A stretch of DNA of 64,000 bases from NCBI GenBank assembly GCA_024277855.1, contig JAJRUJ010000113.1:8889-72888 (forward strand), written 5' to 3'. The stretch comes from Candidatus Zixiibacteriota bacterium (GTDB taxonomy: Bacteria; Zixibacteria; MSB-5A5; WJJR01; JAJRUJ01). The notes beneath the pieces were generated by a model. The model did not search any database. It worked only from the letters and a program-made list of their open reading frames with translations, and was not told the origin of the DNA. Position 1 is the first letter of the stretch. Each line of letters starts with the position of its first letter. The translations under genes and the position numbers were made by a program. This document shows, one piece after another, positions 10,030-17,755 of this stretch.

Positions 10030-10404
10030 TCACGCCCCCATTTCGACGATCCAGAGGTCGACAAGGGCATTTTCGGTCGTCGTCTGGGTGCGGGCGATTT
10101 TGAAGGAGTTTGACGAAGGGCGGCCGATAATCGACACGGCAGTCGAGCTTTTCGGAATGACGACAATTAGCGGGTGGTCGATGGACGCCGGCAGGCCATT
10201 GCGCCGATGATCGAGCAGTTCATCGTAGACAACATCCTGCACGGCGCCACCAAGGGGAAAATTGAAATACATAATCCGGCGCGTCGAGCCGTCGATCTCA
10301 TCGGCCAACAGGTCCACCGTGGCGGTGCCGGTCTCCCCCCAAACCGAGAAATCCGGCACCCACCATGAGCGGTGCCCGGTCAGGTGTGCGTATGTTTCGA
10401 GCAT
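10030..10404 (-). CDS. Hypothetical protein (phage-like cluster)
   Basis: ORF in an operon-like array. Confidence 0.4.
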   Translation of the reverse strand: MLETYAHLTGHRSWWVPDFSVWGETGTATVDLLADEIDGSTRRIMYFNFPLGGAVQDVVYDELLDHRRNGLPASIDHPLIVVIPKSSTAVSIIGRPSSNSFKIARTQTTTENALVDLWIVEMGA

Positions 10405-10437
10405 CTATTCTCATCCTCTTTTGCAAAATGTGGCAAG

Positions 10438-11271
10438 TCAACCACGGCTGACTGAAATCGGCGGCCGCATCGCCGCCAGCGGCCGGCGAAAGGGTTTGAG
10501 CAGTTCGGTTGCCGATGATTGGTACTGCGCGGCAAGTTCAAGCCAGGTGCGGGCCGCCGTAGCCATCGCCGAGGTTTTTGGGCCGGTGGCCGAAAGCTCG
10601 GCGGCCGCACGGACGCGACAAAGAATCGCCACCGCCCAATGTGTCTCGGCCGCAATCAAAACCGGATCTGAGGAATCTTCAAATTGCTCGTCAATCGATT
10701 TGAGGATCACCTCATCAGCCTCGGCAATCGCCTGGTCGATTGTTTCGTCGGTGACTGTCTCGGGACCGGCGACATAATCGACGAGGACATTCTGGCCGTC
10801 CTCGATCACCCCGGTGTCCAGACGGCGCAGGTGTCCCAGAGTCGCATCAAGAATATAGTCGCTGCCGGAGACATATCGACGATGATAGAAATACCAAACC
10901 GCGACCGTCCGGCCCGAGGTGATTGCCCCGGAGTCAATGCGTCGTATTCGACCGGTTGCGTAGTCGACGGTGAAATCGATATTCTCAGTGTAGACGGTGG
11001 TCAACGATGTATTGTCGGCGACGACGAACGATGCGGTCACAGGATAGGAATTAGCCAGAGGTACCCAGTCGGCAGTGAGAATCAACGATTCCTGAACCGG
11101 CGACGAGGATTCCGGGGCTTTGACCACGACCGACGATTCGGTCAAGCCGACATGCGGCAACTGCGCGACTTCGATGCCGGACAGGACGATCCGCAAATCG
11201 CGGACATCCACCTGTCCGACCTGGAATGCCACGAGGTGTTTTCTGATCAGTTCTTTGTTGGTCAGGGGCAT
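10438..11271 (-). CDS. Hypothetical protein (phage-like cluster)
   Basis: 277-aa ORF, 20 nt downstream of the BNR-like gene. The overlapping plus-strand ORF 10684-11397 is judged spurious. Confidence 0.45.
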   Translation of the reverse strand: MPLTNKELIRKHLVAFQVGQVDVRDLRIVLSGIEVAQLPHVGLTESSVVVKAPESSSPVQESLILTADWVPLANSYPVTASFVVADNTSLTTVYTENIDFTVDYATGRIRRIDSGAITSGRTVAVWYFYHRRYVSGSDYILDATLGHLRRLDTGVIEDGQNVLVDYVAGPETVTDETIDQAIAEADEVILKSIDEQFEDSSDPVLIAAETHWAVAILCRVRAAAELSATGPKTSAMATAARTWLELAAQYQSSATELLKPFRRPLAAMRPPISVSRG

Positions 11272-11291
11272 TATTCCTCCTGGGCGGCCGG

Positions 11292-12719
11292 TTACGAGGG
11301 GGCGATTGTCGCGTCATCGAGATTGGCTACTGCGGTTAATTGTCCACCAATCGGCGCGGTTGAAAACGCTGTCCCGACAGTGGCTCGCACCCAATAGCAG
11401 AACTGGGTTCCGACCGTTGTTTTTTGCCAGTCGGACGGCGCCGAATCCAAATCATCCCAGAGCCGCACGACTGACGGTGACGAATCGAAATGGTAGGCCC
11501 CTGATGCAGGGGTAAACTCGGCCCAGGAACTGCCGTCCCAGTATGACCAGGCAACCGCCCCCCCGACCCCTGTTGTCGAGAGAATGACCGCAGCCCGGCA
11601 GAAATGATCAGCCATGCCCAGGTAGACTGCATCACCGGAGGCGGCGATTAATTTCCCGGTGTCGGCGTGGAAAATATCGGCGGTACTTTCATCGGCGGCC
11701 TCGTCGGTCACCTCGTGCAAAGCAGGCGTCGAGGCGGGGGCGTAACAATAAACGGCATCATAGATCGAATAACCGGGCATGACGGGAGCGGGAGTGGTGA
11801 ATACCGAATCTTCCAGATGGGCACTGTACCAGCCAACCTGGTTGGTCCCCACCTCACGACCAAAAAGCACGTAAGCGGTGGTACCGATAAAATAGACTTT
11901 GGGTGAAAAAGCCGGATCGGCATCGACAGTATATAGTCCGCTCCAGGCCGTACCGTCGTGTTCTTTATAATACAGATCATCCCCGGTCGAAAAAGCCACG
12001 GCGAGACGGTGGTCGAGTGAAACAGCGGCGCCGAAATTGTCGTACAATCCCGTGCCGGTATAGATAGTTTCCGCCGAACCCCAGGTTACTGAGGAGATGT
12101 CTTTTTGTTGCTTGGCCAGCGTGGTCCCGTTGAGGGTGTAAAAACAATGGAGGTAATCCTGCCGATTGACCAGCAGAGAATACGCCGACGTCGCACCGGT
12201 CGAGATTAACGCTTCCCCCGGGTCGGTCGGCCCTACACCCCACAAATCCCCCTCGTTGACGGAAACCTTGGCGTTAAGGTAGTAGGCGCCGCCGGAGTAA
12301 CGCGACCAGGTGATCAGCAATGTCCCGTTACGGTCTTTGTATAGGGCCGGGAAATAATTGTCGTCTTGCGAATAGACTGTTGCTTCGGTGTTCAGCGACC
12401 AGGCCCCGGCGGCATAGGACAATTTGACCGACATCAAATTGCCGGTGGTTTGCCGGGTCCAGGCGACGAAGACATTACCCTCGTCGTCCATCCACCCGGC
12501 CACCGGATAGTCGGCGGCATCGGTGATGATCTCGACCGGGGTCGACCAGTCAACATACGGCGGATCGGCGATCGAGTAGGCAATGACCGAGGCACTCTTG
12601 GGAAACAGGGCAAAGATCCGGTCACTAAACTCCCCGATCGGCACGCGGAATAACTTATGCTGGCTGGGAATCCCCGCACCGTACCCCGAACTCGAATTAT
12701 AGATCAAGGAATTTGGCAT
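11292..12719 (-). CDS. BNR/sialidase-like beta-propeller repeat protein (possible receptor-binding/fibre-like)
   Basis: Repeated S/T-x-D-x-G-x-T-W/Y-like motifs (GNVFVAW, GTLLITW, GTAWSG, DGSSWAEF). Confidence 0.45.
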   Translation of the reverse strand: MPNSLIYNSSSGYGAGIPSQHKLFRVPIGEFSDRIFALFPKSASVIAYSIADPPYVDWSTPVEIITDAADYPVAGWMDDEGNVFVAWTRQTTGNLMSVKLSYAAGAWSLNTEATVYSQDDNYFPALYKDRNGTLLITWSRYSGGAYYLNAKVSVNEGDLWGVGPTDPGEALISTGATSAYSLLVNRQDYLHCFYTLNGTTLAKQQKDISSVTWGSAETIYTGTGLYDNFGAAVSLDHRLAVAFSTGDDLYYKEHDGTAWSGLYTVDADPAFSPKVYFIGTTAYVLFGREVGTNQVGWYSAHLEDSVFTTPAPVMPGYSIYDAVYCYAPASTPALHEVTDEAADESTADIFHADTGKLIAASGDAVYLGMADHFCRAAVILSTTGVGGAVAWSYWDGSSWAEFTPASGAYHFDSSPSVVRLWDDLDSAPSDWQKTTVGTQFCYWVRATVGTAFSTAPIGGQLTAVANLDDATIAPS

Positions 12720-12795
12720 GGTCCTGCTTTCATTTGGCGGCGGAGGGGTGGCAAAGCCGCCCCGTCCGCGTCCGGTAAATTTTGAGAATCAACGA

Positions 12796-13908
12796 TTAAG
12801 TCCACGAGGAATCCAGGACCTTGGCCGCGCCGCCGATGACTTTGGCATAGGCGACCGATTCGGAAATTACCGCCTCCTCAATGCGCTGCTCAATGACCTT
12901 GTCATATTCGATAGTCAACGGCTGCGTGACGACTTCTTCGACGGCAAAACGGCGGTCCATGCCGATGATCAAATCATCAGCCACTTCGTCACAGCGGACC
13001 AGGCGCGCGCCGAGCGGGCTGACCAGTTCACCGGTCGACTGGAAACGGAACCCGGCCAGCGGGTCTTTAAACTCGCTCAGGTTCAAAATTGTCCGGCAGG
13101 TCGCCTTGGAGCAGACCAGCGTGTTCATTTCGTACGGGTGGAGTTCGGCCCAGAATTTCACCAGATCGTCATAATCCAGCGTCCCGGATGCGTCGGTATT
13201 GATCACCTCAGCCGCGTTATCGTTGCCGTCTCCGTTTTGGATGACATCGATTAACAACCCCATTTTGTCGGTTTGGAGGCGATAACCGATGTACCACAAC
13301 AGGACCCGAAACTGGTCGGTTGTGCGGTGACGCAGCGACTTGTACGAGGCCTTGAGGACCAGGCCGTAATCAGGGACATTAATCGTGTTGAGTTGTTCAT
13401 GGACCAATACCGCCGGGACATCGGCGCCCTCGGCCAGAGGTCGGAGCGACAGATCGGTGTCGGAACCGGATGTGTCGACGGCAAACGGGGTATACCGGCT
13501 GCCCGCTACGGTCGAGGTCGACGCGATCAGGGTATTCAATTCCGGTCGCATGGTCATCCCGCGTGCAATTTCCCGCCGCATAAATTCAGGCAACAGGGCG
13601 GGCGCGCCGCGATAGAACAACTCAACAGTCGTGGGATAAGTATCGCCGAGGCGGATCCCCCGCACTGCCAGTTGACGCTCGAATGCGTCGAGTGGCGAAC
13701 CGAATGGCGAGGGATCGTATTCGTCGCTCTCGAGAAGTTCGGACAAGGTAAGGTTTCGCGCCTGGGCTTCAAGATACGATTCGCGGGTGATATCCAGTTC
13801 GGCGGCCTGGGTCAGATCGACAGAGTGTTTTCGTTGGGCGGGCGCATTGGTTGGGACAACCGCCTGAAAACTATTTGGTGGATTTGCGAGAAAAGCATCA
13901 ATATCCAT
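12796..13908 (-). CDS. Phage major capsid protein (HK97-fold family)
   Basis: 370 aa, sitting immediately downstream of a DUF2190-like gene and a prohead-protease gene, which is the canonical head-module order. General composition resembles a major capsid protein; no diagnostic motif was confirmed. Confidence 0.5.
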   Translation of the reverse strand: MDIDAFLANPPNSFQAVVPTNAPAQRKHSVDLTQAAELDITRESYLEAQARNLTLSELLESDEYDPSPFGSPLDAFERQLAVRGIRLGDTYPTTVELFYRGAPALLPEFMRREIARGMTMRPELNTLIASTSTVAGSRYTPFAVDTSGSDTDLSLRPLAEGADVPAVLVHEQLNTINVPDYGLVLKASYKSLRHRTTDQFRVLLWYIGYRLQTDKMGLLIDVIQNGDGNDNAAEVINTDASGTLDYDDLVKFWAELHPYEMNTLVCSKATCRTILNLSEFKDPLAGFRFQSTGELVSPLGARLVRCDEVADDLIIGMDRRFAVEEVVTQPLTIEYDKVIEQRIEEAVISESVAYAKVIGGAAKVLDSSWT

Positions 13909-13949
13909 AATCTCTCCATGGTCAAAATGCGGTCAATGTTCTTAAGTTT

Positions 13950-14372
13950 TTAGTTGAGCAAAAGCGTGCAAGAGCTTGTGCCGCTGACGGACAAAACTGT
14001 GCCTCGGGCAAGGTTTCCCCCGGCCGGATCGTCGCCGGTTAAGGCCGGGGCCTGTTTGACCGTGCCGTTGGCCCCACAAACGACCCGATCGCCGACGGTC
14101 GGATACGTGGCTGAAATCGGCATGGTGCAGACCCCGGCGATTTGCACCGTAGCCAGCCGCTCGCCGTCATCGCCGTCTTGTAATGTCAGGGCGATGAGCT
14201 TGCCCAACAGGACGGCGCCGGCCGTGCCGGGACCGATTTCGTAATTGTCGGTAAGCGTCACACTGCCGCCGATATCATCGTCGGTCAAATCATCGACACC
14301 CGCCGTTTGGTGGATTTTGAACGTGGCGAACACCTCGCCGACTGAATCCAGATTGTGGGAACGAATGGTCAT
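13950..14372 (-). CDS. DUF2190-like phage head decoration/capsid-associated protein
   Basis: 140 aa with a G-rich pattern (GPGTAGAVLLGKL...GERLATVQIAGVCTMP...VGDRVVCGANGTV...RGTVLSV) that matches DUF2190 proteins found next to major capsid genes. Confidence 0.5.
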   Translation of the reverse strand: MTIRSHNLDSVGEVFATFKIHQTAGVDDLTDDDIGGSVTLTDNYEIGPGTAGAVLLGKLIALTLQDGDDGERLATVQIAGVCTMPISATYPTVGDRVVCGANGTVKQAPALTGDDPAGGNLARGTVLSVSGTSSCTLLLN

Positions 14373-14402
14373 ACGGTTCTCCTCGGGTTAATTGGTGGTG
14401 GT

Positions 14403-14711
14403 TCAGTAATTATCGTGTCTTGGCGAATGGGGTAATTTCGAACGCTGGTCTGCCGCATTCCGGCTGCGCGGCGTTGCGGCAAAGACAGAGTCGAACACCC
14501 GCTCCACTTCCCGTTTGATCGAGATCAACCGCTCGGCATCATCGACAGGCAGATCGTCGGGATCGAAGGTCCATTCCGGTCGGCGAGGGTTAAGCAAGCA
14601 CTCTACGGCCCGTGCCCGGCGTCGGATATCTGTGAGGAACTCGGCAATCAGCCGATCAGGCCCCGCGCCGACAGCGGGACCGAAATCCTGGTTTTTGGGT
14701 TTCTGGGTCAT
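14403..14711 (-). CDS. Hypothetical protein (phage-like cluster)
   Basis: ORF between the protease and DUF2190 genes; scaffold-like position. Confidence 0.35.
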   Translation of the reverse strand: MTQKPKNQDFGPAVGAGPDRLIAEFLTDIRRRARAVECLLNPRRPEWTFDPDDLPVDDAERLISIKREVERVFDSVFAATPRSRNAADQRSKLPHSPRHDNY

Positions 14712-14753
14712 CGCAATTCCCCGGATTAGGTGGATGGGACCGACGACGGCCGG

Positions 14754-15068
14754 TCAGTGGTTGATTTCACTTTCGATGCGGGTCAGCCGTACGCGCAGTT
14801 CATCGCGCAGCTTAAAAAATTCATCACGGCTGACCAGATGATCGCTGAGCAGCACCTCGATCTGGGCCAGGCGCAGTTCGATTCGTTCGGCGGTCGTACG
14901 GTCGGCTTTCTCGGCCAGAGCGAGTTTCAAGTCGCTGATCGTGCCGAAATAGGCGGCGACAACCGCAAATGCCGTGACCAGAGCGGTGGTGGCGAGCCGG
15001 ATGATCGTCTGTTTCCACCACGTTTTCGAGTGATCCGGCTGGGATGACGAGACAAGACGGCCGGTCAT
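14754..15068 (-). CDS. Small membrane/coiled-coil protein
   Basis: One TM segment (IIRLATTALVTAFAVVAAYFG) followed by a coiled-coil. Its start overlaps the protease stop by 4 nt. Confidence 0.4.
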   Translation of the reverse strand: MTGRLVSSSQPDHSKTWWKQTIIRLATTALVTAFAVVAAYFGTISDLKLALAEKADRTTAERIELRLAQIEVLLSDHLVSRDEFFKLRDELRVRLTRIESEINH

Positions 15069-16855
15069 GCCTGCCTCACTTTCTGTCTGGAATTATCAGC
15101 GGCGGGGATAAGGATACCCCCCGCCGCTGTCCCGGAGCAGGAGGTGTGGCTGGTACGCAAGGCAAATTGCGGGTGTCGGATTTTGGCGATTCGACAAACG
15201 GCGTCGACAGAGTCGGCACGATTACGCTGAATCGGGGAATAGATAATTTTGAGGTTGGACAGGTGTAATCCACCCCGCTCATCCACCGCCGGTTCGCCGT
15301 TGATCGGGACAATCCGCCCGATTTCAAACCGGTGGACCGATGATACCAATTCGTCGATTTCGAACAGGTCCCGGCGGCCTTCAAAAGCCAGGCGATACTG
15401 CCAGCCGCCCTCAGACGAGGATTCCCGAGCCACAATTTGCCCCCACAGCCGACCCTTGCGCCGCCACTCGTACGCCGGGGAACCATCCTGCAATGACGAT
15501 GTCGAGGGGCAAATCCGGACACCATACGAAGAGACAGATGACGGCAAAGCCATCGGAATATTTTTACGATTTACTTCTTTGTAGAACAATGGCTTGATTA
15601 CCCCACCTGAAAGAAACACTTTACTAAGCAATTGTTGGTTTTTAAGGACCGGAACCTGAAGAATATTTTCATTCCCCAGCCGTCCCAGCCACTGGAGATG
15701 GAGCACCGGCTCGGGGGATTTCATTTTACGAGACGGGTGGAGCAACCAGCCAAATACAGTAAAATCATCGGTGCAAGCGCGCCGGAGGGAGTTGACAACC
15801 AGGGGAAGTTTCTCGCTGATTTCTTCATCTTCCGGCGAAAAAAGAAACACCTCCCCGGCCCGGCCGACAGCGACAACCGGCAATCCATCAACTAACGGCG
15901 CGACAATAAACCGATTGCCCGCGAGGTCCGCCGACGGGAGATCGGCGAGATCAGCCAACGGTGCACCACCCCGCAACGCGGCATCGAAAAGCAACTCGAC
16001 ATCTTTTCTCATCTCTGATTCGGCGGGGAAATTATTGGCCTCGCCGGAGAGAGTTTCGGCCGGAACCTCCTTGCCGGGAACATTGAAAAACAACCCGGCG
16101 CCGATCCGGGTGCCCGGTGTCGCCCCCCGGTAGACCAGGGACGTTTCCAACACCCGGACGATTTCGCGATAAAGATAGTGGGCGGGGCGTACGACGCCGT
16201 CAGGATGCTCATATTCGACCGCCGGGCGATGGTCGCATTCACGGATATCGCCTCCACAGACCGAACACTCGGGGCGTTTGAACTCGAACCCGATCGATAC
16301 TTCACGCAGGACCCCGGCATCAATGCGGGAAGCCAGGTCCTCCGCCCCGGACGCATTTTTCGGCCAATAAAACCAGACCTTGATCCAGGGCCGACCATCC
16401 CGGGAAACCACCCCGGCTTTAAAATTCCGCGCCACCGGCAACTGTCGTTTGTCATGGGCGATCAGCACCGGCGAATCGACAATCAATTCACATAAACGAG
16501 TGAACTCCTCGACAGCAAACCGGCCTCCGTGTTCATTGACCTCATCGGAGATGACCTCCATCGCGCGGAGATGGACAGTCTCGGTGCTCACCGGAACCGG
16601 CGGTTCGATAACCCGGTTGATCTCGGTAATCAGGCCGGACAAATACTCCGGTTCATCTCTGCCGGACGCTTGACGCTCTTTACGCCCGGTCGTTTCGTCG
16701 ATAACGGGCACTGCCTCAACTCGCCCAATCAATTCACCCAATAATGTGGACACTTCGCTCTCCTCTGGTTTGCCGCTCCCGGCCCCGTTTTTTCGCTCTT
16801 TCACCCTACCCGCCGGTGCCGCACATTGCACCACTCTGCACCACCCCACCACCAC
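15065..16855 (-). CDS. HK97-family phage prohead (capsid maturation) protease domain fused to a ~350-aa C-terminal extension
   Basis: The N-terminal half carries GRFAVEEF...PVLIAHD...PVAR...DGRPWIKVWF...SIGF, resembling Peptidase_S78 motifs. A CSVCGGDIRECDH Cys motif is also present. The start is uncertain (GTG 16855 or internal ATG ~16564). Confidence 0.5.
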   Translation of the reverse strand: MVVGWCRVVQCAAPAGRVKERKNGAGSGKPEESEVSTLLGELIGRVEAVPVIDETTGRKERQASGRDEPEYLSGLITEINRVIEPPVPVSTETVHLRAMEVISDEVNEHGGRFAVEEFTRLCELIVDSPVLIAHDKRQLPVARNFKAGVVSRDGRPWIKVWFYWPKNASGAEDLASRIDAGVLREVSIGFEFKRPECSVCGGDIRECDHRPAVEYEHPDGVVRPAHYLYREIVRVLETSLVYRGATPGTRIGAGLFFNVPGKEVPAETLSGEANNFPAESEMRKDVELLFDAALRGGAPLADLADLPSADLAGNRFIVAPLVDGLPVVAVGRAGEVFLFSPEDEEISEKLPLVVNSLRRACTDDFTVFGWLLHPSRKMKSPEPVLHLQWLGRLGNENILQVPVLKNQQLLSKVFLSGGVIKPLFYKEVNRKNIPMALPSSVSSYGVRICPSTSSLQDGSPAYEWRRKGRLWGQIVARESSSEGGWQYRLAFEGRRDLFEIDELVSSVHRFEIGRIVPINGEPAVDERGGLHLSNLKIIYSPIQRNRADSVDAVCRIAKIRHPQFALRTSHTSCSGTAAGGILIPAADNSRQKVRQA

Positions 16856-16921
16856 GCTTGAGCTAACCTATTGCCAATCAATGGGTCGATATCACCTCGC
16901 GGTTTTTTGGCTAAACTACGC

Positions 16922-16950
16922 TTGACAACTGAACATTTGTTCAGTATCTA
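16922..16950 (+). promoter_or_regulatory. Sigma70-like promoter (TTGACA -17- TATCTA) driving the zinc-ribbon gene
   Basis: Read directly: TTGACA 16922-16927 and TATCTA 16945-16950. GGAGGG SD at 16966-16971 lies 5 nt before ATG 16977. Confidence 0.5.
16931..16942. promoter_or_regulatory. Candidate LexA (Cheo/DinR-type) SOS box GAACATTTGTTC within the promoter spacer
   Basis: Perfect GAAC-N4-GTTC palindrome (extended tGAACAttTGTTCa, 16930-16943) between the -35 and -10 elements. Confidence 0.5.
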
Positions 16951-16976
16951 CCGTATGGATATAAAGGAGGGAGAAA

Positions 16977-17216
16977 ATGGAGTTGGAAATGGCCGGAGAA
17001 ACCAAAGAAACCATGGCGACGAATATCGTCCCGCTCATCCCCCTGCAGGCGGCGGAGGGTTCACTCTGTTCCTGCGGCGGTCCACTGGGTCGAACAGTTG
17101 ATTTCGTCGTCTGTGAACATTGTAACCGACTTTACTGCCCCGACTGCGGCGGGCCGATCGTTCACGGCGGCGGGTGTTGCTCGTGTCCGGTCTGCGGTTA
17201 CGGGTATTGCGCGTGA
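16977..17216 (+). CDS. Small Cys-rich zinc-ribbon protein (79 aa, 11 Cys, three CxxC pairs)
   Basis: Strong SD. Cysteine pattern CSC...CEHC...CPDC...CCSCPVC...C. Confidence 0.55.
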   Translation: MELEMAGETKETMATNIVPLIPLQAAEGSLCSCGGPLGRTVDFVVCEHCNRLYCPDCGGPIVHGGGCCSCPVCGYGYCA

Positions 17217-17233
17217 GCGGGGACATTCCAACA

Positions 17234-17755
17234 ATGTCCGGACGATTGGAACGACGGTCCGTTCGATTGCGGGATTATGATTACTCCCGGGCCGGAGCAT
17301 ATTTCGTCACGATCTGCACCAAAAACCAGGAATGCATTTTGGGCCGGATCGTCGGTGAGGAAATGCACCTAAGTCATGCCGGAGAAATTGTTGAGTCTAT
17401 TTGGCGAGGTCTGCCGTAACGGTTCCCGCAGATAAAGGTCGATTGGCATATCATTATGCCAAACCATTTTCATGGTATCGTCGAAATAACCGAATCATCG
17501 GAATCGGTTCAACCAACCGTAGGGGCAGGGCTTGCCCTGCCCACGGGCGCGGCAAGCCGCGCCCCTACGCTCGGAACGATCATTGGTGCCTTTAAATCAA
17601 TTTCTGCGATCAAAGTTAATCGGCTGCTATCTCGTGTAAACCAACCTTTATGGCAACGCAATTACTATGAACATGCCATCCGCAACAACTATGACTTGAA
17701 TATGGTTCGAACCTATATCACGGCCAATCCCATGCAATGGGAATCAAAACGATGA
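17234..17755 (+). pseudogene. COG1943 / IS200-like (HuH Y1, RAYT-type) transposase interrupted by an in-frame TAA at 17417-17419
   Basis: The N-terminal part (RLRDYDYSRAGAYFVTICTKN...LSHAGEIVESIWRGLP) and the C-terminal part (MPNHFHGIVEI...TLGTIIGAFKS) are in the same frame, separated only by TAA where Glu (GAA) is expected. Confidence 0.6.

Noticed and set aside
10684-11397. 237-aa plus-strand ORF
   Set aside because: It overlaps the minus-strand genes that form a tightly coupled operon; the minus-strand frame is preferred.
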